Source of the DNA: an uncultured virus (IMG/VR IMGVR_UViG_2711768086_000002)
Lineage: Duplodnaviria; Heunggongvirae; Uroviricota; Caudoviricetes
DNA length: 25,327 bases
Direction: 5' to 3' (one strand)
IMG/VR virus record: IMGVR_UViG_2711768086_000002
Part shown: piece after piece, positions 17,069 through 24,139 of the stretch
Layout of the letters: each line of letters begins with the position of its first letter
Position numbering within the stretch: the first letter of the stretch is position 1
Translations under genes and position numbers: made by a program
Notes under the pieces: model-generated
The model's database searches: none
Seen by the model: only the letters and a program-made list of their open reading frames with translations
Told to the model about the DNA's origin: nothing

Positions 17069-18277
17069 GTGATCGCCCACCTGCAGCGCGCAACCACCAC
17101 GGCCGCGCTGATTCCCGCCCTGTACGGCCTGGACGAGCCTGGCGACCGGCTGCGTCCCCGGCTGATCGGCGCCGACTACCGGGGCGCCGACAAGCAACTG
17201 CCTCTGTTCGGTGACCCGCAGGAGGTCCTCGGCGGCGGTGTGCTGGACGCCCCCGCTCTGCGGATCGGCTCCCGGGCGCCTGCGCGCCCCGTGTGGATGT
17301 GCTCGGTGCGCTCCGACCCGCGTCACCCGGACCTGAGCGACGCCCAGTGGACCGATGTCACCCGGCGCCTGGTCACCGCGACCGGGCTCGCCCCGGACGG
17401 CGACCCGGACGGCTGCCGGTGGGCGGCGATCCGCAACGGCAACCGGTCGGTGCACGTCGTCGCCACCGTCGTGCGCGAGGACGGATACATCCACAACACC
17501 TACCGCGACCCCTTCCACGTGCAGGCCGAGTGCACCCGCATCGCCGCCGAACTCGGCCACCTCACCCGTACCGTCACCACCGCCAAGGACCACCGGATGC
17601 CCTCCATCACCATCAGCGCCGAGCTCAGCGGTAGCGTCGTCGCCACCGGCGCCAGCGACGACCTGTCGGCCACCCTGCTCCGCCACGCCGGGTTCAAGCA
17701 GATCGACGACTGGCACGGCCGCCGCCACCGGCTGCCCACCACCACCGCCCCCGCCGACCGGGCCTCCATCGCCACCCACGCCACCGAGATGCTGCGCGCC
17801 GCCCGCTACACCGTCGACCTCGACCCCAAGCTCGACGCCGAGCAGCTCAGCACCGCAGGTCGGCAGATCCTGAATCTCACCGATGAGCTGCGCGGCGCCA
17901 AGGACTTCGCGGAACTCGCGGGGGTGCTCGACGAGCTGCTCGACCCGGACGAGGGGATGCTGGTGCGTCTCCAGGAGGCCCTGGAGATCGCCTCCGAGCA
18001 GATCACCGAACTCGATCCCGACCAGTTCGCGCTCTCCGACCGGTTCGGCTTCGCGTCCGACCAGTTGGTCACCGCCCAGGCCGAACTGGCCGGGGCCGTC
18101 GACGAGGTGCAGCGCGCCGTGTCCGACACGGCGGGCCGTGCCGACGACCTGCGTACCCGCGCCGCTCTTGCCCGCAGCACCACCGCCCCGGTCGCCGCCA
18201 ACGCCTCGGACCTGCCCGCCGCTTGGCGGACACCCGTACCGGCCGCAGCGGCAGTTCCCGCCGGCCGCACCCGCTGA
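17069..18277 (+). CDS. Degenerate relaxase-like domain fused to domains A+B and shared tail
   Basis: PVWMCSVR...LSDAQW...TGLAPDGDPDGCRWAAIRNGNRSVHVVAT; internal AAGGA+ATG at 17597; ends RTRAALARS...GRTR. Confidence 0.78.
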   Translation: MIAHLQRATTTAALIPALYGLDEPGDRLRPRLIGADYRGADKQLPLFGDPQEVLGGGVLDAPALRIGSRAPARPVWMCSVRSDPRHPDLSDAQWTDVTRRLVTATGLAPDGDPDGCRWAAIRNGNRSVHVVATVVREDGYIHNTYRDPFHVQAECTRIAAELGHLTRTVTTAKDHRMPSITISAELSGSVVATGASDDLSATLLRHAGFKQIDDWHGRRHRLPTTTAPADRASIATHATEMLRAARYTVDLDPKLDAEQLSTAGRQILNLTDELRGAKDFAELAGVLDELLDPDEGMLVRLQEALEIASEQITELDPDQFALSDRFGFASDQLVTAQAELAGAVDEVQRAVSDTAGRADDLRTRAALARSTTAPVAANASDLPAAWRTPVPAAAAVPAGRTR

Positions 18278-18313
18278 AACGTTCCTGCACGTCACTACTT
18301 CCTGGGAGCCCTG

Positions 18314-18964
18314 GTGCCCGAGCACTACTCGTCGATCGGAGAAGCGGTCGGCGCCGCCATGCAGCACAACATCCGCCTGGCCCACCGCGACCAGCAGACC
18401 CTCACAGCCGACCAGCCGCTCCAGGTCCGCTACATCCCGCCGCCCACCGCCGACCCCCGCTCCCTGCCGGGCATGGTCGTCCGGCTCGAGGAGGACGCGA
18501 GCCCCGGTGACGTGGCGGCGATCTTCGAGGAGACAACCAGCGCCCTGGTCGGCCCGCTGACGCAGCTGACCGAGCTGGTCGCGGCCGGGGCCGACTGGGC
18601 CCGCGCCAGGGTGGACTTCGCCTCCCCCGGCTACAACCTGTCCTACGACACGTGGGCGCGGCTGGCCACCGCGCACCAGGCGCTCCTCACCGTCCGGGAG
18701 GACCTGGAGACCACCACCGCGAGGATCCCCGACTGCCCCGCCGAGCCGAGCCGCTCAGGCCACTCGGAGACCATGCCGGTGCTGCGGACCCGCGAACTAC
18801 TGCACGACGTCATGGGCAGCGTGCCGCCGCCCACGTCGGAGGCCCAGCGCCGTCAGGCAGCCGTCGCCGGCTCTCCCCGGCGCGTGCCCCAGCCGTCTAC
18901 CACCCCCGAGCCCACCGCCACGCCGACCACGGCCCCGGCCGCGCAACCGCGCCGTACCCGCTGA
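18314..18964 (+). CDS. Hypothetical protein (domain B) with shared tail
   Basis: GGGAG RBS, GTG; ends QRRQAAVAGSP...PRRTR. Confidence 0.78.
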   Translation: MPEHYSSIGEAVGAAMQHNIRLAHRDQQTLTADQPLQVRYIPPPTADPRSLPGMVVRLEEDASPGDVAAIFEETTSALVGPLTQLTELVAAGADWARARVDFASPGYNLSYDTWARLATAHQALLTVREDLETTTARIPDCPAEPSRSGHSETMPVLRTRELLHDVMGSVPPPTSEAQRRQAAVAGSPRRVPQPSTTPEPTATPTTAPAAQPRRTR

Positions 18965-18990
18965 CAGCAGCACCGAGAGGACCGACCACC

Positions 18991-19416
18991 ATGGGAAACC
19001 TCGCCGACACCTACGGCACCGACGTCGAGATCTACCGCGGCGGAGACGACCGGATCTGGGCTGACTGCCGCACCGACGCCCCTGGCCTCATCGACCGCAC
19101 CCTGCGCCAGTTCGGCTTCACCGCCCCACCCGACCCTGGCAACCCCGCCTCCTACAGCCTCCCGCCGGAGCGGCCCCGCGCCGACCAGCTGACCGCCGCG
19201 TCCGGCGCGGCCTACCTGCTTGGCGTCCAGCAGCACCGGGTCGCCATCGAGCCGGAGTTGGTCGTCACCATCGACGGCCGGGACAACCCCGCCGCCGAGC
19301 TGCGGCGCGCAGCAGCCCTCGCCACCTCCCCCGCAACGCGCGTGACCGCCACCGTGCAGCAGCCACCGGCCCCGCCGACGCCGGCGTCCGAGCGACCGAG
19401 CAGCCGCACCCGCTGA
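18991..19416 (+). CDS. Hypothetical protein (domain A) with shared tail
   Basis: GAGAGG RBS, ATG 18991; ends LRRAAALATSP...SRTR. Confidence 0.78.
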   Translation: MGNLADTYGTDVEIYRGGDDRIWADCRTDAPGLIDRTLRQFGFTAPPDPGNPASYSLPPERPRADQLTAASGAAYLLGVQQHRVAIEPELVVTIDGRDNPAAELRRAAALATSPATRVTATVQQPPAPPTPASERPSSRTR

Positions 19417-19520
19417 AACGTTCCCTCGCCCCTCGCCCGAAGAAAGGCACCCCGTGACGATCCGTTCGAGAGCCGAGCGCGCCCCGCCCACCGCCCGCTC
19501 GCACCCACCTGGACTCTCCC

Positions 19521-21312
19521 TTGCCCGCCCCGCGCACCGGCGCACCGTCGACCTCCACCGGCACGGACGCGCTCCTCTACCTCCTGTTCGCCGTCGTCGG
19601 CGCCGCCATCGCCTTCGGCTCCCTCGCCTGGCTGACCGGCAACCTCACCAACTACATCGTGGGGTCCGGCCCTTGGGCGCCGTTCCACGTCGCCGACGCC
19701 CTCCTTCACCCCGACCGGCTGTGGCCCCACCTCGACCCGACCTCCGTCCTGGTCGGCGCCCGCATAGTCCCCGGCGCCCTCACCATCGCCATCACCGTCA
19801 CCGTCCTGGTGCTGTGGCAGCGCCGCCGCGCTGGCGCGAAGAGCGGCATGGCCCGCAAGGCGGACATAGCGCCGCTCCTGGACAAGGAGATCACCGCCAA
19901 GGCCCGCAGCCTGCGCCCGAGCCTGAACGACCGGGAGTGTAAAAGAGGTCGAGCCGAACGACCGCGGCATCCTGATCGGCACGCTCTCCCCCGGCCGGGC
20001 CGAGGTCCGCGCCTCGTGGGAGGACGTGATGGTCGCCATCATGGCGCCCCGCTCCGGCAAGACGAGCGGCATCGCGATCCCGGCGATCCTCGCCGCCCCC
20101 GGACCGGTGCTGCTGACCTCGAACAAGGCCGCCAGCGACGCGTACACCACCTGCGTTGACGCCCGTGCGAAGGTCGGCAAGGTCTGGACCATGGACCCGC
20201 AGCAGATCGCGCACCACCCGCGCGAGATGTGGTGGGACATCCTCGCGGACGCCCGCGACCTCGCCGGCGCCAAGCGTCTGGCCGGGCACTTCGTGACCGC
20301 GAGCGTGGACGAGTCCAGCGGCTCCGACTTCTGGTCGACCGCGGCGAGCAACACCCTCGGGTCGCTGTTCCTGGCCGCCGCGAGCCACCGGCGCCCGATC
20401 ACGGACGTGCTGGCCTGGCTCGCCTCGCCCTCCGACCGCACCCCCGTCGACCTGCTCACCGATGCCGGCCACCACGCGGTCGCCGCCCAGCTCCAGGGCA
20501 CCGTCACGGGTGCCACGGAGACGAGGGACGGTATTTACGAGACGGCGCGCCAGTACGCGAGCTGCCTGCTGGACCCGGAGATCGCCGCCTGGGTCACCCC
20601 CACCGAGGGTCTGCCGGAGTTCAAGCCGTTCGCCTTCGCTTCCTCTCGCGACACACTGTTCCTGCTGAGCAAGGACGGCGGCGGCTCCGCCAGCGCGATC
20701 ATCGCGGCTGCGGCCGACGCGGTGATGCGCGCGGCCGTCATCGTCGCCGAACGCTCCGGAGGCCGGCTCGACCCGCCCGCGCTGTGCGTCCTCGACGAGG
20801 CCGCCAACGTCTGCAAAATCTCGGACCTCCCGGACCTGTACTCCCACTTGGGCAGCCGGGGCGTCATCCCGATCACCATCCTGCAGTCCTACCGCCAGGG
20901 CCAGCGCTGCTGGGGTGAGGCTGGCATGGACGCCCTCTGGTCGGCGGCCACCGTCAAGGTCATCGGCAGCGGGATCGATGACGCCGACTTCGCGGACCGG
21001 CTTTCCCGGCAGATCGGCGAGCACGAGGTGCAGACCGTCTCCGTGTCCGACTCCGGCAGCGGCAAGTCGACTTCGGTGTCGATGCGCACCGAGCGCATCC
21101 TGCCGCCCGACGAGATCCGCGCCCTGCCCAAGGGCAAGATCCTGCTCTTCGCGACCGGCATGCGGGTGGCGATGCTCGACCTCAAGCCCTGGTACAAGGA
21201 GCGCTCCGCCAAGGAGATCGGCCCGGCCTCCGCCCGCGCCACCAAGGCCATCACCGAACGCGCCATCGCGAAGGCTGCCGCCAGCCGCGACGACTTCACC
21301 CTCTCGGCCTGA
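19521..21312 (+). pseudogene. virD4: VirD4/TraG-like type IV coupling protein with +1 frameshift near 19941-19944 (or sequencing error)
   Basis: TM N-terminus in ORF 19521; Walker A APRSGKT, Walker B VLDEAAN, SHLGSRG..ILQS in ORF 20026; removing one A from TGTAAAAGAG joins the frames. Confidence 0.88.
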
Positions 21313-21414
21313 CCCACCCCACCGGCGGCGCCGACCGGGAAGCCGCCTCTTCTCCGGCCGGCGCCAACCCCGGCCGCTTACCCCGCCTCCGCCTCGACTC
21401 CGGAAGGTCTCTTC

Positions 21415-21660
21415 ATGTCCGACACCAACTCGCCTGCCGCCCTCCGCCGTTCGGCTCCCCTCGCCGGGGCGCCGGTCGTCCGCCGGGGCGGCCAGTGGTG
21501 GCTGATCACCGGCACCGGCTCGATCCTGACCACCGACCCCGTCTTCACCGGTGAGCTGGACCGCTTCGCCACCGCGATGGCCGCCGCCGACCGCGAGGTC
21601 GACCGGCTGCGGGACAAGCAGGCCGGCACCCGGAAGAAGCGGAAGGGGAAGCGGCGGTGA
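21415..21660 (+). CDS. Small hypothetical protein
   Basis: GGAAGG RBS; 81 aa with VRRGGQWWL and basic end; overlaps next start. Confidence 0.7.
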   Translation: MSDTNSPAALRRSAPLAGAPVVRRGGQWWLITGTGSILTTDPVFTGELDRFATAMAAADREVDRLRDKQAGTRKKRKGKRR

Positions 21661-22853
21661 TGGACGCACTGCTCAAGGGCGAGCAAGCCCTTCTCGGCGC
21701 GGTCCTCCTCGACCCTGCCCAGCTCGACACGCTGGCCTGGCTGACACCCGCCGACTTCTACCGTCCGGCTCACCGAGCCCTGTTCGCCGCGATGCGGACC
21801 CTGAGCAACGATCAGCGTCCGGTGCGGGAGGCTGACGGGACAGTACCGCTCTCGTGGGTGACCGACACGGTCGCCGAGGCGAGCCGCCAGGTGCGCGGGT
21901 TGAACGCCTCGTACCCGTTCACCCTGATCGCCGCATGCCCGCGCCCGCAGAACGCCCCGGTGTACGGCCGCATGGTGCTCGAAGGGTCCATCCACCGCAC
22001 GGTGCTTGAGCACGCCGTCCGTCTGGAACACGTCGCCCACATCGATGCCGAGCAGCACCAGGTCGAGGGCGTCCTGCACCACGCCGATGCCCTCACCGGC
22101 GTGCTCGGCGACCTCGCCCGCCGCTGGGGCACCGAGCCTCGTCCCGTCCCGCCGCCCGGTCCTGGCGCGAGCACGGCGGCGTCACCGGTCGGGCCCAAGG
22201 AGACCGAGGACGAGCAGTTCCTCCTGGCCGTCCTCGTCCACCAGCCCGCAGCGATGGCCGAGGTGTACGACTGGCTACGGCCCGGCGACTTCGCCGACGC
22301 CGGCAACGGCCAGGTCTACCGCTGCCTCGGCGCTCTCCACCACCGAGGCGAGCCGATCGACGAGGTGACCGCCCTGTGGGAGGTCCAGCGGCGCGGCCTG
22401 CTGGTCGATGGCACGCTCTCGCGCGAACAGGTCGACAGTCTCTTCGGTGGCCCGGGGGCGGGTTCGGCCGAGTGGCTGGGCGACCAGGTCATCCGTGCCT
22501 CCGTCGTGCGCACTGCTGCCGGAGCCGCCACCACCATCAAGGCGTTGGCCGAAGCCGAGGCGATGGCGCCGGGCCGTCTCATCGGACAGGCCCTGCATGC
22601 CCTCGGCCCGCTCGACGAGGTGCGTGCCCGCTGGCGTACGGCCAACGGGCAACCTTCCCCGACAGCCGAGAGCGCTGGCCCAGCACAACGCCCCGATCCT
22701 GCGGCCCGGGTGCGCGCGGCGCTGTCCCGAAGTCCCCAGCAGCGCCTCGCTCCGAGGACCACCCCGCCCGCCGCCGCCATGTCCGGGACTGGCGCCACGA
22801 CCACGTCACCTGTCCGCACCTCGCCCTCCCACCACCTCCGGAGCACCTCGTGA
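21657..22853 (+). CDS. Protein with two DnaB-helicase N-terminal-like domains, no ATPase, shared tail
   Basis: EQALLGAVLLDP...LTPADFYRPAHRALF and EQFLLAVLVHQP...LRPGDFADAGNGQVY; no Walker A; RVRAALSRSP near end. Confidence 0.85.
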   Translation: MMDALLKGEQALLGAVLLDPAQLDTLAWLTPADFYRPAHRALFAAMRTLSNDQRPVREADGTVPLSWVTDTVAEASRQVRGLNASYPFTLIAACPRPQNAPVYGRMVLEGSIHRTVLEHAVRLEHVAHIDAEQHQVEGVLHHADALTGVLGDLARRWGTEPRPVPPPGPGASTAASPVGPKETEDEQFLLAVLVHQPAAMAEVYDWLRPGDFADAGNGQVYRCLGALHHRGEPIDEVTALWEVQRRGLLVDGTLSREQVDSLFGGPGAGSAEWLGDQVIRASVVRTAAGAATTIKALAEAEAMAPGRLIGQALHALGPLDEVRARWRTANGQPSPTAESAGPAQRPDPAARVRAALSRSPQQRLAPRTTPPAAAMSGTGATTTSPVRTSPSHHLRSTS

Positions 22854-23431
22854 ACAGCCCGATATCGGAGGCACTGCTGCTGCACGCCACCGCGACCGTG
22901 ATCGACGCCCAACGCGAAAAACTGCCCCAGGTCAGCGCCCCGTTCCGCCTGCCCGACCCCATCGGCGTGGCCCGGCAGACCACCGAACTCGGCGGCCTCA
23001 TCGCCGAGCTGGGCGACGAGTACCTGTTCCGTGCGGACGCTTCCGCGCCGCAGGAGCACACCACGCACGCGGCCGAGGCGTTCGCCAACACCATCGGCAG
23101 CGTCGCCCAGGCCGCCTCCGCCCTCGGCACCGTGGCCCAGCAGCTCGCCTTCGTCGCCCGAACGGCCGGCAAGCGCGGTGAGCCGGGCTACGAGGACGCT
23201 CACACCGATGCCGGGCAGCTGATCGAGCTCGCCGTCGAGACGGCACGCGACGACCTCGCCGAAGCCGCCCAAACCCTGCGGACCGCCGCCTCGGCCGTCT
23301 CCCCGCCGCCCGCAGTCAAGGTCCAGCGAGCCGCCCTCGCCCGCTCCCCCGGCGCTTCGACAGCATCTCCGGCGCCGATCGCGACCGCTGTTGCGGTGGC
23401 GGCCCAGCGCGCTCCGGCCCGCGCCCGGTGA
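22850..23431 (+). CDS. Helical hypothetical protein with shared tail
   Basis: GGAG RBS, GTGA coupling; ends VQRAALARSP...ARAR. Confidence 0.78.
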   Translation: MNSPISEALLLHATATVIDAQREKLPQVSAPFRLPDPIGVARQTTELGGLIAELGDEYLFRADASAPQEHTTHAAEAFANTIGSVAQAASALGTVAQQLAFVARTAGKRGEPGYEDAHTDAGQLIELAVETARDDLAEAAQTLRTAASAVSPPPAVKVQRAALARSPGASTASPAPIATAVAVAAQRAPARAR

Positions 23432-23473
23432 ACCGTTCCGCCGCCCCTTCGACCTTCACCCCAGGATCTGACC

Positions 23474-24139
23474 ATGCTTGACGAGGACGCCCACGACTAC
23501 GCTGTCCGGCTGGAGTCGGCCGCGACCGAGCTCGTCCGTGCCAGCGCACGGCATCCGTACTCCTTCTCCAATGCCTACGGCAACGGCCGCGAGGTCACCG
23601 TCTGCGATCTCGCCGAGGCCGTGGAGCGCGTGGAGTACCACCATCACGCGGCCATCAGTGAGGCGAGCTTCCACTCGCAGGATCCCCGTTCCAGTCCCCG
23701 CTCTGCCGTCCTGGCTCGGGAGTGGAGTTCCGTAGGGACAGTCCTGGCCCAGGTCAGCCTGGATCTCACGCGGGCAGTGGAGGTGGCGAGCCGTCTCGCC
23801 GACGCCCGTGTACGGGCTCCGGAGACCGCCAGCGCCTTCGAGCGGCAGGCCGCCACCGAGGTCTCCCGCCTCCTCGCCAACGCGCGGGCGGGAATCGACC
23901 GTGCCGTCGACATGATGTTCGACAGCGCCCACCACCTGACTGGCAGGCGCCCGATGCCGGCACCGGACTTGGCCGCGCTCTTCGCCGAGACCGCCACGGG
24001 GGAGCTGGGTCCGACGTCCCAGCGGGAAAGGGCCGCGCTGGCCCGGTCCGGCAGCACCTTCCCCGTCCTGTCGCCCGCCCCGACCACGCCCACGCCCACG
24101 CCCACCGCGACTCCTCCCTCTCCCCGAGGCCGGCGGTGA
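23474..24139 (+). CDS. Helical hypothetical protein with shared tail
   Basis: AGGA RBS; ends RERAALARS...PRGRR. Confidence 0.78.
   Translation: MLDEDAHDYAVRLESAATELVRASARHPYSFSNAYGNGREVTVCDLAEAVERVEYHHHAAISEASFHSQDPRSSPRSAVLAREWSSVGTVLAQVSLDLTRAVEVASRLADARVRAPETASAFERQAATEVSRLLANARAGIDRAVDMMFDSAHHLTGRRPMPAPDLAALFAETATGELGPTSQRERAALARSGSTFPVLSPAPTTPTPTPTATPPSPRGRR

Larger units (their letters stand above)
18264..19424 (+). repeat. 22-bp direct repeat spanning stop codons
   Basis: GCCGCACCCGCTGAAACGTTCC at 18264-18285 and 19403-19424. Confidence 0.85.

Noticed and set aside
8222..18676. Very long minus-strand ORFs (8222-10690, 10727-13903, 13755-15272, 15710-18676)
   Set aside because: Antisense shadows of + strand genes in high-GC DNA; no motifs, typical off-strand composition.
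21657..22853. Functional replicative DnaB helicase
   Set aside because: No Walker A/B or RecA-like C-terminal domain.
24084..24105. CCCACG short tandem repeat as contingency locus
   Set aside because: In-frame Pro-Thr repeat within the low-complexity tail linker; cannot switch phase.
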